From NCBI GenBank assembly GCA_020725385.1, contig DYFC01000013.1, positions 1-58,683 of the forward strand: 58,683 nucleotides of DNA, given 5' to 3'. The DNA comes from Nitrospira japonica (GTDB taxonomy: Bacteria; Nitrospirota; Thermodesulfovibrionia; Thermodesulfovibrionales; SM23-35). Position numbers and translations under genes: made by a program. The notes under the pieces are model-generated. The model had not been told where the DNA came from. It saw nothing but the letters and a program-made list of their open reading frames with translations, and made no database searches. Below are positions 39,944 through 50,711 of the stretch, piece by piece (the first letter of the stretch is position 1; the number at the start of each line of letters is the position of its first letter).

Positions 39944-41575
39944 ATGAAAATCCTGAAACGCATATCAGAAATTCTTGATAAAAAACCATCTTCTGAAAAA
40001 TCAGATGCTGCAAAGAATATTTATGTTTATAAATATAATACCTTCAGAGAAGTACTTTGTCATAATAATAAATTCCTTGAATTAATGGTGGATGTAGAAG
40101 AAAAACTACCCGATATTGATACGGATAAAATTGATAATTTCTATAAGGAAATACTTCGAATGTCAGAAGAAGTCAAAGGAATGGTGGTCAAACTAAATCA
40201 GATATCTGATGGGAAGTACTCTAATTTATCATTAAAACTTACTCAGATAAACGAAAATATTAGAGAATGTTTAGAGAGAATATCTTTAAAAAAATCAAGC
40301 TTTAAAAAACAGGTACCGGAAAGTGTCTATACTATAAAAATACCAATTTACAGAGAGCATAAAATAATTATTGATAAAGGCAAAGTTGCATCAAAAGGAA
40401 TTGGTCTCGGTAAAGCTTTTATATTGAACTCTGAAGATGACTTAAAAATTTTTCCAGCAGGTGCAGTTTTAGTAACAAAATATTCTTCATCAAATTTTTC
40501 ACCTATTATTAAGAATGCAAGTGCTGTTGTAACTGACGTCGGAGCAATAACTGTACATCTTGCAGCTGTTGCGAGAGAATCAGGGGTGCCAATGATTGTT
40601 AATACAGAAAATGCAACTGAAATTATAAAAGATGGAATGGAAATAACAGTAGATGCAATAAATGGGATTATATATGATGGGGAAATCCACGAACTTGAGA
40701 AAATTAAAGTCGAACAAAAATCTGACAAATTGGCAACAGATTTTGAAAAAGAACTCAAACTTCTATGGAAGAATATAATGCCTCTTAATTTGCCCAACCC
40801 TAAAGATAAAGATTTTTGTGTCGAGAATTGCAGGACTTTACATGATATAGCAAGATATGCTCATCAAAGAGTAATGGAAGAAATTTTTGGAATTACGGAT
40901 GGATTTCCATCAGGTATAGAAGCCGTAAAATTAACCGGAATTGTGCCTCTTGTAATATACCTTATAGATTTAGGGGATGGTCTTCCAGAGCAGGCTTCAT
41001 TAAAAAAAATAACAAGGCAGGATATATTATCTATCCCTTTATCTGCTTTTATTAATGGACTTGCCTCGATAAAATGGCCGGAACCGAGAATTCCGGACAT
41101 CTCCGGAATAATGGGTATGATTGCCCATACAGCTTCTATGTCCGAGGCTGAAATGTCCAGTATGTCAGAAAAGAGTTTTGCCTTTATTTCAAAAGATTAT
41201 ATGAATTTCTCAATTAATCTCGGGTATCATCTTTCAGTGATTGAGGCACTTACAGGTGATAATATAATTGACAATTATATAAGATTTTATTTTAAAGGTG
41301 GAGGTGCTGATTTTCAAAGAAGACTAAGAAGGGTGAAATTGATTTCAAGGGTTCTAAAAAAACTTGATTTTAATGTTTACGCAAGGGAAGACATTATTAA
41401 TGCTATACTAACAAAAGATAATAAAGAGTCATTGCTTAATAAACTCCTTGTAATCGGTAAATTAACAGCTTATACAAAGCAACTTGACGCTGCCATGTAT
41501 GATGAGACTTCGACTGAAAGACATTTTGAAGAATTTATTAAGGATTATTTTCCTTCTTCTGGAGCTGTTCTTTGA
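39944..41575 (+). CDS. PEP-utilizer (phosphohistidine) domain protein lacking the ATP-grasp domain
   Basis: AVVTDVGAITVHLAAVARESGVP..ITVDA; C-terminal CRTLHDIARYAH and FKGGGAD..RRLRR. Confidence 0.8.
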   Translation: MKILKRISEILDKKPSSEKSDAAKNIYVYKYNTFREVLCHNNKFLELMVDVEEKLPDIDTDKIDNFYKEILRMSEEVKGMVVKLNQISDGKYSNLSLKLTQINENIRECLERISLKKSSFKKQVPESVYTIKIPIYREHKIIIDKGKVASKGIGLGKAFILNSEDDLKIFPAGAVLVTKYSSSNFSPIIKNASAVVTDVGAITVHLAAVARESGVPMIVNTENATEIIKDGMEITVDAINGIIYDGEIHELEKIKVEQKSDKLATDFEKELKLLWKNIMPLNLPNPKDKDFCVENCRTLHDIARYAHQRVMEEIFGITDGFPSGIEAVKLTGIVPLVIYLIDLGDGLPEQASLKKITRQDILSIPLSAFINGLASIKWPEPRIPDISGIMGMIAHTASMSEAEMSSMSEKSFAFISKDYMNFSINLGYHLSVIEALTGDNIIDNYIRFYFKGGGADFQRRLRRVKLISRVLKKLDFNVYAREDIINAILTKDNKESLLNKLLVIGKLTAYTKQLDAAMYDETSTERHFEEFIKDYFPSSGAVL

Positions 41576-41966
41576 GAAGTCGGTTCTCTTTTTGAAGGTT
41601 TAGCCATTTAATAGCTTTTTCGATTGTAAATAGTATTTGTTCAATTCTGAACGGTTTTGTTATAAAGTCAAATCCACCTTTAGACATTGCTTCAGATGCA
41701 GACTCAATGGTTCCATAAGCAGTAATCATTATAACAGGAGTATCGGGGTTAATTTTTTTTACAGCATCAAGAAGTTCCATCCCGTCGAGACCCGGCATTT
41801 TAAGGTCAGTAATAACAATATCGAACTCTCCGCTTTTTGCAAGAGTTAAAGCTTCAACAGGATTATTAGTAATCGTAACATGATAAGGCGTTTTCTTTTG
41901 TAAAGTCATACTTAAAAGTTTCAACATGTCAGGCTCATCGTCAACTATTAAAATCTTTTCTGCCAT
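41538..41966 (-). CDS. stand-alone receiver domain response regulator
   Basis: LIVDDE, TDLKMPGLDG, ITAYG, FITKPF; no output domain. Confidence 0.93.
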   Translation of the reverse strand: MAEKILIVDDEPDMLKLLSMTLQKKTPYHVTITNNPVEALTLAKSGEFDIVITDLKMPGLDGMELLDAVKKINPDTPVIMITAYGTIESASEAMSKGGFDFITKPFRIEQILFTIEKAIKWLNLQKENRLLKEQLQKKENNP

Positions 41967-42002
41967 TTTTACCTCCGGGATTCATAATACTTTATTATAA
42001 TT

Positions 42003-44261
42003 TTAATTTTCTCTGGTAGCAACTTTTGCCGCCGGTAAATTAATTATAAAAGTTGTTCCTGTATCCGGTGATTCGTCTCGTGTTTTTGTTTTGAAAGTTA
42101 TTGAGCCACCGTGTTTTGTTACTATACCATATGAAATGGACAGACCGAGACCTGTTCCTTTACCCACTTCTTTTGTCGTGAATAATGGGTCAAAAATTCT
42201 TTTTCTATGCTCTTTTTTTATTCCATCACCGGTGTCGGAGATACGAATATCTACTGTATCTGAATTTAGGTTTGATGTGTTAATTGTTAGAGTGCCACCG
42301 CCTTTTTGGGACATAGCATAAATGGCATTATTTATGATATTAAAGAAAACCTGTTGAAGTTCTCCTTCATCGGCTAAGACCGGTGGCAGGTCCTCCTGCA
42401 AATTTTCTTTTACTTCTATTTTATTTAAACGAATTGTATTGCCCATAACCGAAAGAACTGTCCTGATGCTCTTATTAATATCAACAAGTTCTTCTTTATG
42501 CTCTTTATGACGTGCGAAATTGAGTAGATTTTCAACAACTCTTTTTGCATTTAGACCTTGTTTTTCTATTGTTTTTAGCATTTCATATTCTTCGGAACCT
42601 TCGGGATATTTCTCTAAAAGAAGTTCTGTAAACCCGAGTATTATGCCAAGAGGATTATTGATCTCATGTGCTACACCTGCTGCGAGAGTTCCCATAGAAG
42701 CAAGCTTTTCAGTATAGTAGCTATGTTCTTCTATCTTCTTCCTGTCGGTTATATCTCTTGAAATGCCAAGCACCGCATATATATTACCTGCTTCATCCCA
42801 TAGCCTTCTCAAGTTTGTGCTGAACCAGTATTCATTCTCTCCCACAATAACCATATGTATAAGCTGCTTGCTTTCTTTAGTGTTAAAGACAGTTTGTATC
42901 ATAACGATAAGAACTTCGGAACTCGGCCATGTAAATATTTCGGTTATATTTTTACCTATAATTTCAGACCTTTTCTTGTTTAAAAAATTTGCACCATATT
43001 TATTAATTGAAAGAAAGTTACCATTGTAATCGACTGTATAAATTAAATCTTCCGCGTTCTCAATAAGAGACCTATATCTTTGCTCTGATTTCTTTAATTC
43101 ATTTGTTTTTCTCGCAACTTCCTGTTCAAGAATATTAGACCATGAAAGTATCATAAAGTTTACGAAGAGCCCGCCAAAAAGTATTACGGATATAATGATT
43201 GCCTGTAATATGAACTGCTGAATATGTATGGAATGAATTGCGCCTTCAACCTCGCTTACTGGTGCAACTACTGCAACAGACCAGATTCTATCAGGATTCT
43301 TTTCATTTATTTTTATTGGTGTATATGCAATTAACTTTTTTATCTCACCTTCGATTCCTCTGTGCCATCCGGAAATATACCAGCTTTTTCCTTCCTGACC
43401 TTTTAACATTTTTTCCTTCTGAATTTCATTAATTCTCGCAAAAGATATTGTTGGTTTTTTGCCTTTACGGGCTTCGAAAGCATTTTTACCAATAAATGAC
43501 TTTTCTTCGTGATAAAGGAAGGTTCCGTCTTCATCTATTACCCATGCATAGCCTGTTTTTCCTGAACGAAGTTCTTTTACAACAGACTCAATAAGGCTAC
43601 TAATATCAATAACAAAGACCATAACACCCGAAAATTTATTCAGCGCAACAGGATGTGATTCATCAACAGATACCTGCCATACGGGTATTGCCATTTTCAT
43701 AATGGGCTTATCACCATTATGGTTGTAAGGAATAGTTGTAACCTTGGTCATGAATAAATTTCCTTTTAAACTCTCATCTTTTGCCCGATTAAGGCATTCT
43801 ATATCATTACTGTCTGCCTTGCTTGTAGTGAATTTTATATTGTCTGAAACAATATAAGTTTTATTATCGATGCCGGTAAAACGCATTTCTATAGCGCCTT
43901 CGTGTCTAATACTCGAAAATGCTATTTTCATCCTGTCACCCATAAAAGCCGATTCTTTATATTGTATAGAAGGAGAAAGACTTAAAAGGAGCAATTCTCT
44001 TTTAATCGACTCAAGGCTATTTTCTATCTGACGGGCAGCATGTCTTGCAAGAACAAGCTGTTGCTGATTGAAATCATCGGTGACAGTTTCCCTGACTTTT
44101 TTTGAGGACATCCATCCGAGAACTAAAACCGTGCCCAGAAGTATTGTCATACTTATACCTACAATTGCTTTGAAATACCTTAGATTGAATGGATGGTATT
44201 TTTCAATAAGGCTGATAAGCGTCAGTTTTAGCTTAGCAAATTTTCTTAAATTTCCTAACAA
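42003..44261 (-). CDS. Cache-PAS sensor histidine kinase
   Basis: GVAHEINNPL, FDPLFTTKEVGKGTGLGL, two TM helices, PAS/PAC. Confidence 0.93.
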   Translation of the reverse strand: MLGNLRKFAKLKLTLISLIEKYHPFNLRYFKAIVGISMTILLGTVLVLGWMSSKKVRETVTDDFNQQQLVLARHAARQIENSLESIKRELLLLSLSPSIQYKESAFMGDRMKIAFSSIRHEGAIEMRFTGIDNKTYIVSDNIKFTTSKADSNDIECLNRAKDESLKGNLFMTKVTTIPYNHNGDKPIMKMAIPVWQVSVDESHPVALNKFSGVMVFVIDISSLIESVVKELRSGKTGYAWVIDEDGTFLYHEEKSFIGKNAFEARKGKKPTISFARINEIQKEKMLKGQEGKSWYISGWHRGIEGEIKKLIAYTPIKINEKNPDRIWSVAVVAPVSEVEGAIHSIHIQQFILQAIIISVILFGGLFVNFMILSWSNILEQEVARKTNELKKSEQRYRSLIENAEDLIYTVDYNGNFLSINKYGANFLNKKRSEIIGKNITEIFTWPSSEVLIVMIQTVFNTKESKQLIHMVIVGENEYWFSTNLRRLWDEAGNIYAVLGISRDITDRKKIEEHSYYTEKLASMGTLAAGVAHEINNPLGIILGFTELLLEKYPEGSEEYEMLKTIEKQGLNAKRVVENLLNFARHKEHKEELVDINKSIRTVLSVMGNTIRLNKIEVKENLQEDLPPVLADEGELQQVFFNIINNAIYAMSQKGGGTLTINTSNLNSDTVDIRISDTGDGIKKEHRKRIFDPLFTTKEVGKGTGLGLSISYGIVTKHGGSITFKTKTRDESPDTGTTFIINLPAAKVATREN

Positions 44262-44337
44262 AATGTCTCCATATTTATTCAGGCATTTAATTTAAAATAA
44301 CAAATAACTCATAAAAAGTTAATAACTATTATGCAAT

Positions 44338-44877
44338 TTAAATTCTGGCAGATTGGTCTTTCAGAATAGTCTTTAATTCATTGCGTGCTTTTATAAAAAT
44401 ATCTATGTATTCTTTCCCTCTGTAATCTTTATATGTGTAGAAGAAAGGAGTGTAAGTATTATTTTTATAAATAAGAGTTGCCTCTGCATAAATACCTTTG
44501 CCAAGATATATTCTATGAGAATAGTTTTTGGTTGTAGCAAGTATGATTTTAGATAAAGTCAAATAACCCGGATCTATGTTAATTCTTCTTCTGTTATTAG
44601 TTGTAAACATTTCCTCAAATTTGTTTGTCTGGATTTTAATGTCAACAATATTGACGGGGTCTATAAGATTCTTAAAAAAAACGAACTGTCTTAGAATATT
44701 CCCGCCAAGTTCATCTTTGTAGTATTCCGAATAATTCCAGTTAATTTGTTGACTTTTAAAAAGAATTTCACCATGAAGTTTAGTGAGAAGTTCAAGAGAT
44801 TTCTCGAAAATTAATATATCATTAAAAAGAAAACCGGCAAAAAGCATTGCACGTTCTGGTGGCGTGATTTTGCCCAT
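44338..44877 (-). CDS. DUF4416 family protein
   Basis: YYKDELG, RRINIDPGY, LATTKNYSHRIYLGKGIYAE. Confidence 0.85.
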   Translation of the reverse strand: MGKITPPERAMLFAGFLFNDILIFEKSLELLTKLHGEILFKSQQINWNYSEYYKDELGGNILRQFVFFKNLIDPVNIVDIKIQTNKFEEMFTTNNRRRINIDPGYLTLSKIILATTKNYSHRIYLGKGIYAEATLIYKNNTYTPFFYTYKDYRGKEYIDIFIKARNELKTILKDQSARI

Positions 44878-44889
44878 TTTGATTGATTC

Positions 44890-45417
44890 TCAGAGTTCGT
44901 TTATCAATTCTTGAATATTTGCAAATATTTGAGGGGAATCCCAGTTTTCCGGTCCTATGGATTTTGCTCTTAATATGCCTTTTTTGTCAAGAATAAAGGT
45001 TTCGGGAACACCTGTAATTCTGAAAATGCGGGAAGCACTTTCATCGGGATTTTGATATACAGGAAATGTATATCCATTTTTTTTCAAAAAAGAGAAAGCA
45101 TTATTAAGATCATCTTTAACAATTATAGTTGCCATTTTAAAATTAGGGTTACCGGATAAACGTCTGTAAAGACGTTCCATTGATGGCATTTCTTCAATAC
45201 ATGAGTCACACCATGTTGCCCAGAAATTAATGAAAACGACGGAACCACGCAAATCCGAAAGGCTTGTTTTATTGTTATCAACGTCCACAAGAATAAAATC
45301 AGGTATTGGTTCGCCTTCGACTGCCTTTTTTGCGGTTTTTGGAGGTTTGATAAATAAGAATATTGTCAATACAGCAATGGATATAAGTATTAAGAGAAGT
45401 ATCCCTTTATTTTTCAC
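44890..45417 (-). CDS. TlpA/ResA family thiol-disulfide oxidoreductase
   Basis: N-terminal anchor, NFWATWCDSC, GVPETF. Confidence 0.92.
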   Translation of the reverse strand: MKNKGILLLILISIAVLTIFLFIKPPKTAKKAVEGEPIPDFILVDVDNNKTSLSDLRGSVVFINFWATWCDSCIEEMPSMERLYRRLSGNPNFKMATIIVKDDLNNAFSFLKKNGYTFPVYQNPDESASRIFRITGVPETFILDKKGILRAKSIGPENWDSPQIFANIQELINEL

Positions 45418-47846
45418 GATACGGTAACTGCTTCCATTGCTTCGACAAAGGCAGGCCGGTCGTCTTCTATGACAACGGAAATATGGTTAATTCCTTTAAA
45501 TTTTCCCCTAAGGATTTCTTCAGACAATGGATCTTCGATCTCTTTCTGAATGGCCCGTCTCATCGGTCTTGCTCCATAAGCAGGTTGATAATAGCGTGCA
45601 ATAAGCCATTCTTTAACCTCATGAGATACATCAACGACTATTTCCTGTTCAAGAAGCATTTTATTAGTTTCTGATATAAGAAGATCTATGATTGCAAGAA
45701 GGTGTTCTTTTTCTAATGGATGGAATACAACTGTTTCATCAACACGGTTAAGAAATTCCGGATTAAAAGTCTTTTTAAGTTCATTGAGAACGTTTTCTTT
45801 GATTTTCTCATAAACTATTCCGCTAACATTTTTCTGGAAACCAAGTGGTGTTGCTTTTTCGATGAGCCTTGCTCCAAGATTTGATGTCATAATTATCACA
45901 GTATTTTTAAAATCAACTTTTCTTCCGAAGCTATCTGTCAATACACCTTCGTCAAGAACCTGAAGAAGTATGTTAAAGACATCTGGATGGGCTTTTTCTA
46001 TTTCATCGAATAATACAACCGAATAAGGTTTTTTCCGGATACGTTCTGTTAATTGTCCTCCCTCTTCGTAGCCTACATAACCGGGAGGCGCGCCTGTAAG
46101 TCTTGAAACATTGAATCTTTCCATATATTCGGACATATCTATTTTTATCAGAGAAGATTCATCATTAAATAGAAAAGCTGCAAGGGCTTTTGCGAGTTCT
46201 GTTTTACCAACTCCTGTCGGACCTAAAAAGAAGAAAGAACCAATAGGTTTTTTATTTGATTTTAAACCTGCACGAGATCTTCTTATTGCTCTTGAAACCG
46301 CTTTAATAGCTTCTTCCTGCCCTATTATTCTCTGGTGCAGATTTTCTTCCATTCTGATAAGTTTTTCGGATTCTTTTTCTTCAAGTTTTGAAAGCGGGAT
46401 TCCGGTCATTTTTGATAAAGTATATTCTATATCTTCTTCCCTGACAACAGCGATTTCTTTATTAAGATTATCTATCCATTGTCTATGTAATTGTTCATGA
46501 AGTCGTTTCAGGCGTTCCTCTTCAAGCCTTATAGAAGAAGCTTTTTCAAGATCATGAAGTTTGATATATAAGTTTTTCTCTTTTGAACATCTTTTTATAT
46601 CTTCTTCTATTTCTTTTAATTCATGCGGTGGAGTATATCTTTTAAGTTTTATTCTTGACCCGGTCTCATCAATAACATCTATTGCCTTATCAGGAAGATA
46701 CCTGTCGGATACATATCTATCCGAGAGTCTGACAGCACTTTCAACAGCAGCATCGCTTATTTTTACTTTGTGGAATGCTTCATATCGTGATTTCAGGCCT
46801 TTTAAAATAGTAATTGCATCTTCGACATCAGGTGGATTTATATAAATAGGTTGAAATCTTCTTTCGAGAGCTCCATCTCTTTCAATATATTTTCTATATT
46901 CGTCAGGAGTTGTGGCACCAATACACTGTATCTCACCCCTCGATAAAGCAGGTTTGAGCATGCTTGAAGCATCTACGGAACCTTCCGCAGCACCAGCACC
47001 AATTAGAGTATGAAGCTCGTCAACGAAAAGAATAACGTTATCGGATTGTGTAATCTCTTTCATAACAATTTTTAAACGCTCTTCGAACTGTCCACGATAT
47101 TTGGTGCCTGCAATTAAAGCTCCGAGATCAAGTGAAATAATACGTTTATTGAGAAGAATATCAGGAATATTTCCTGATATTATCTTTTGGGCAAGTCCTT
47201 CAACAATGGCTGTTTTACCTACACCCGGTTCTCCGATTATAACCGGATTATTTTTAATCCTTCTGCCGAGTATTTGAACGAGTCTTTCGATTTCATCTTC
47301 TCTGCAAATAACAGGATCAAGCTTGCCCTCTCTTGCGAGCATTGTTAAATCTCTTCCAAATTCATCAAGCGCAGGTGTAGTACTTCTTCTTTCCCTGACG
47401 TGTGAATGAGCCCTGATTGAGAAATTTATTGTAAGCTGGCGGGCTCCGAGAAGGTTAGCACCAAAACTTCTTAGAATCTTTCCTCCTATCCCTTCTTCTT
47501 CTCTTATAAGTCCCAGAAAGATATGTTCACTGCCTATATAATTGTGTCCAAGAAGTCTTGCTTCTTCGACTGCGAGCTCGAGTACTTTTTTGGCGCGTGG
47601 AGTGAAAGGAATATCTCCAAAAGTCATCAGATTTGTACCCTGTGGAAGGTTTCTTTCTACTTCCATGCGAATTTCATCGGGCATTATACCCATTCTTTTT
47701 AGAATAGCAACAGGAAGTCCGTCGTCTTCTTTTAAAACTGCAAGCAATAAATGCTCGGTGCCAAGATAATCATTCTGCCTTTTTTCGGCTTCTTCTTTTG
47801 CGTATATAATAACCTTACGGCCACGTTCCGTGAATTTCTCAAACAT
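45414..47846 (-). CDS. clpC: ATP-dependent Clp protease ATP-binding subunit ClpC
   Basis: MFEKFTER Clp-N repeats, GEPGVGKT and GPTGVGKT, short middle domain, LGF loop. Confidence 0.93.
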   Translation of the reverse strand: MFEKFTERGRKVIIYAKEEAEKRQNDYLGTEHLLLAVLKEDDGLPVAILKRMGIMPDEIRMEVERNLPQGTNLMTFGDIPFTPRAKKVLELAVEEARLLGHNYIGSEHIFLGLIREEEGIGGKILRSFGANLLGARQLTINFSIRAHSHVRERRSTTPALDEFGRDLTMLAREGKLDPVICREDEIERLVQILGRRIKNNPVIIGEPGVGKTAIVEGLAQKIISGNIPDILLNKRIISLDLGALIAGTKYRGQFEERLKIVMKEITQSDNVILFVDELHTLIGAGAAEGSVDASSMLKPALSRGEIQCIGATTPDEYRKYIERDGALERRFQPIYINPPDVEDAITILKGLKSRYEAFHKVKISDAAVESAVRLSDRYVSDRYLPDKAIDVIDETGSRIKLKRYTPPHELKEIEEDIKRCSKEKNLYIKLHDLEKASSIRLEEERLKRLHEQLHRQWIDNLNKEIAVVREEDIEYTLSKMTGIPLSKLEEKESEKLIRMEENLHQRIIGQEEAIKAVSRAIRRSRAGLKSNKKPIGSFFFLGPTGVGKTELAKALAAFLFNDESSLIKIDMSEYMERFNVSRLTGAPPGYVGYEEGGQLTERIRKKPYSVVLFDEIEKAHPDVFNILLQVLDEGVLTDSFGRKVDFKNTVIIMTSNLGARLIEKATPLGFQKNVSGIVYEKIKENVLNELKKTFNPEFLNRVDETVVFHPLEKEHLLAIIDLLISETNKMLLEQEIVVDVSHEVKEWLIARYYQPAYGARPMRRAIQKEIEDPLSEEILRGKFKGINHISVVIEDDRPAFVEAMEAVTVS

Positions 47847-48056
47847 TATAACCTCTTTTTTTAAATAATAATGTTTTTGAGTATTCAAAGTCAATAAAAC
47901 GAATTACTTGTATGGTTAAATTTTTAAGCATAGGTTGTTGTATGAAACAGGGGCAAACTCATGCCAGTTAATTTAAGCAAACCGAAAAATTAAATAACAG
48001 ATAAAAATGCTTTATCTTAAAGCACTGCTGATGATAAAATTATTGCAGATTCATAT

Positions 48057-48224
48057 ATGAAAAAGATACCCGGGAAAGTTATACTTTACAATTCCAAGTC
48101 AAGTAAGAAAGAATCCTTGGAATCCTCGAATAAGTTTGAGAACATTTGCATGAATGCATCGTGTAAATTAAGAAAAGCAGGTTGCAGGGGTTTTGAAGGT
48201 TGTCCGGGGTATAAAAGCAAATAA
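48057..48224 (+). CDS. 55-aa hypothetical protein with four cysteines
   Basis: hand translation ends ..ICMNASCKLRKAGCRGFEGCPGYKSK*; absent from the ORF track; no clear SD. Confidence 0.5.
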   Translation: MKKIPGKVILYNSKSSKKESLESSNKFENICMNASCKLRKAGCRGFEGCPGYKSK

Positions 48225-48259
48225 ATTTACTTTAAAAAATAAATGAAATTGGAGGAGAA

Positions 48260-48841
48260 ATGAGAAAAACATATTTTGTGATCTTAAGTTTTTTACTTCT
48301 AATTGTTTCAGGCTGTGGTTATAACACAATTCAGGCAAATGAAGAGGCAGTAAAAGCTGCATGGGCTGACGTTGAAGCAGCATATCAGAGAAGAAATGAT
48401 TTAATACCCAATCTTGTTGAAGTGGTCAAAGCATATGCAAAGCATGAAAAAGAAACTTTGCTCGCAGTTACAGAAGCAAGAGCAAAGGTTGGTTCAATTC
48501 AAATGTCAAAGAATATTATTGAGGATCCTAAGAGCTTTGCTCAATTTCAGGAAGCACAGGGAGCAATGAGCAGTGCGCTTTCGAGATTAATGCTGGTTGT
48601 TGAAAGGTACCCTGACCTTAAAGCAAATCAGAATTTTCTCGATCTTCAACACCAATTAGAAGGTACAGAAAATAGAATAAATGTAGCGCGTGTAAGGTAC
48701 AATAAGGCTGTTGAGACTTTTAATACTTCAATCAGAATCTTTCCAAATAATATTACCAACGCATTATTGCTCAAATTGAAAATGAAAGAACCATTCAAGG
48801 CAGAGGCAGGCGCAGAAAAGGCTCCACAGGTGAAATTCTGA
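48260..48841 (+). CDS. lemA: LemA family protein
   Basis: [34 protein letters not shown]. Confidence 0.95.
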   Translation: MRKTYFVILSFLLLIVSGCGYNTIQANEEAVKAAWADVEAAYQRRNDLIPNLVEVVKAYAKHEKETLLAVTEARAKVGSIQMSKNIIEDPKSFAQFQEAQGAMSSALSRLMLVVERYPDLKANQNFLDLQHQLEGTENRINVARVRYNKAVETFNTSIRIFPNNITNALLLKLKMKEPFKAEAGAEKAPQVKF

Positions 48842-48959
48842 GAAAATGCAGGATAAAATACAACAAAAGACTTAAGACTAAAATGGATAACGGTCTTTAA
48901 ATAATAGTTTTGCAAAATCTGGATTATTACAAATACATAATTAAGGTTTAAGGGAAATA

Positions 48960-49853
48960 ATGTTTTCAAAAAATCAAGAAAAAATAATAAGTTGTATTTT
49001 TTTTGTTTTCTGCCTGATTTTTTTTATTGTTCCTGCTTATGCTCTGGATGTGCCTGTGCTAAAGGGTTATGTGAACGATTATGCTGACATGCTCTCCCCG
49101 CAGGCTGAGTCACTAATTGAAACCGAGCTTAAGGCATTTGAGCAGTCTGATTCTACCCAGATTGTTATCCTTACAATTCCTTCACTTGAGGGAGAAAACC
49201 TTGAAGATTTTAGTATTAAAGTTGCCGAAGCATGGAAAATAGGACAGAAAGGAAAAGATAACGGAGTAATTTTTCTCGTTGCAAAACAGGAAAGAAAAAT
49301 AAGAATAGAGGTTGGAAGGGGACTCGAGGGTAAGTTAACAGACCTTTTAACAGGCAGAATAATTGATCTCGTAATAAAACCAAAATTCAAAAGAGGTGAT
49401 TTCGACGGTGGTTTTATTGCAGGAGTACATGCATTAATAGATGCAGCAAGAGGTGAATTTACAGCAGATAAGATTCAACACGGGAAAAAAGATGAAGAGT
49501 CATCAAAACTCTTAACAATGATTATTTTCGGTGCAATCATATTGATAGTTACAGGAAGCATTTCAAGAATTTTAAGCATTTTTGCAGGTGCTGTTGGTTT
49601 GCCTTTATTTGCATTTTTAACTTTTACCTCTATTGGAATAATTACAATTATTATTTTTGCAGTATTCGGAGCAATAGCTGGTTTTATTTTACCCTCTATT
49701 TTCTCATCAACGAGGCGTCATGGAAGCAGTGGAATTTTTCCGGGTGGTGGTTTTTACTGGGGTGGTGGCGGATCATCAGGAATTGACTTCGGCGGAGGAT
49801 TCTCTGGCGGAGGTGGAAGTTTTGGCGGTGGGGGAGCATCAGGGGATTGGTAA
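48960..49853 (+). CDS. TPM-domain (YgcG-like) membrane protein
   Basis: VNDYADML, IRIEVGRGLEG, Gly-rich tail ending GGASGDW. Confidence 0.92.
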   Translation: MFSKNQEKIISCIFFVFCLIFFIVPAYALDVPVLKGYVNDYADMLSPQAESLIETELKAFEQSDSTQIVILTIPSLEGENLEDFSIKVAEAWKIGQKGKDNGVIFLVAKQERKIRIEVGRGLEGKLTDLLTGRIIDLVIKPKFKRGDFDGGFIAGVHALIDAARGEFTADKIQHGKKDEESSKLLTMIIFGAIILIVTGSISRILSIFAGAVGLPLFAFLTFTSIGIITIIIFAVFGAIAGFILPSIFSSTRRHGSSGIFPGGGFYWGGGGSSGIDFGGGFSGGGGSFGGGGASGDW

Positions 49854-50485
49854 TGATTGCAGAAAATTTTTTTTCAGAATACGAGAAGAATCAAATAAGT
49901 GAGACTATAAAATTGGTAGAGAAAAAAACCATCGGTGAGGTTGCGGTAATGGTAGTTGACAGCAGTGATGAATATCGTGATGCAGAAGTTTTGGGAGGAA
50001 TGTCATTGGGTAGTTTCCTTGCTTTTTTAATAACCTTTTACTTTTTGCACTCGTCACTTTGGTGGTACATACCATTAAGTTTTGTAATGTTTTTTCCTTC
50101 ATTGTTGGTTGTCCATAAAATTCCTTTTTTGAAAAGAGCATTTATTAGTAAGAAAAGGCAAGAAAAAGCAGTATTTCAGAGGACTATTAGGGCTTTCTAC
50201 GAAAAGGGACTTTATAAAACCAGACAAAACACAGGAGTATTATTTTTTATATCTTTATTTGAACATAAGGTATGGGTGCTTGCTGACAAAGGCATATATG
50301 AGAAAATTCAACAGGAAAAACTGAATAATTTTGCAAAAAAAGTTACAGAAGGCATAAAACAAAAACGTGCGTGTAATGCGCTTTGCGAAGCTATCCTGGA
50401 AGCAGGAGAACTTCTTGCTCTACATTTTCCTATTACACCTGGTGATGTAAATGAGCTTACCGACAAAGTCATAACCGAACAATAA
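49853..50485 (+). CDS. TPM-domain membrane protein
   Basis: EKKTIGE, TGVLFFISLFEH..LADKGI, NELTD. Confidence 0.88.
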   Translation: MIAENFFSEYEKNQISETIKLVEKKTIGEVAVMVVDSSDEYRDAEVLGGMSLGSFLAFLITFYFLHSSLWWYIPLSFVMFFPSLLVVHKIPFLKRAFISKKRQEKAVFQRTIRAFYEKGLYKTRQNTGVLFFISLFEHKVWVLADKGIYEKIQQEKLNNFAKKVTEGIKQKRACNALCEAILEAGELLALHFPITPGDVNELTDKVITEQ

Positions 50486-50531
50486 AAGCTACTTTCTTTT
50501 TTGATATGGTATAATATTACTTCTAAAATAC

Positions 50532-50605
50532 TGGGGAGTCGTCCAGTGGCAGGACGGCAGACTCTGGATCTGCTTACAGGGGTTCGAATCCTCTCTCCCC
50601 AGCCA
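50532..50605 (+). tRNA. tRNA-Gln (CTG)
   Basis: acceptor TGGGGAG/CTCCCCA, anticodon arm GCAGA-CTCTGGA-TCTGC, GGTTCGAATCC, encoded CCA. Confidence 0.96.
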
Positions 50606-50611
50606 TCCCAT

Positions 50612-50687
50612 GGTCCCATCGTCTAGAGGCCTAGGACGTGGCCCTCTCAAGGCTAAAACACGGGTTCGAATCCCGTTGGGACCGCCA
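50612..50687 (+). tRNA. tRNA-Glu (CTC)
   Basis: acceptor GGTCCCA/TGGGACC, anticodon arm TGGCC-CTCTCAA-GGCTA, GGTTCGAATCC, encoded CCA. Confidence 0.96.
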
Positions 50688-50711
50688 AAAAGATTCAATA
50701 AAATTAATATA

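Noticed and set aside
47946-47990. ACAGGGGCAAAC resembling a c-di-GMP-I riboswitch start, and a sigma54-like TGGCA..TTGC on the minus strand
   Set aside because: The GAAA tetraloop stem and GACGCAAAG segment are missing; the GG-to-GC spacing is 9 rather than 10 bp.
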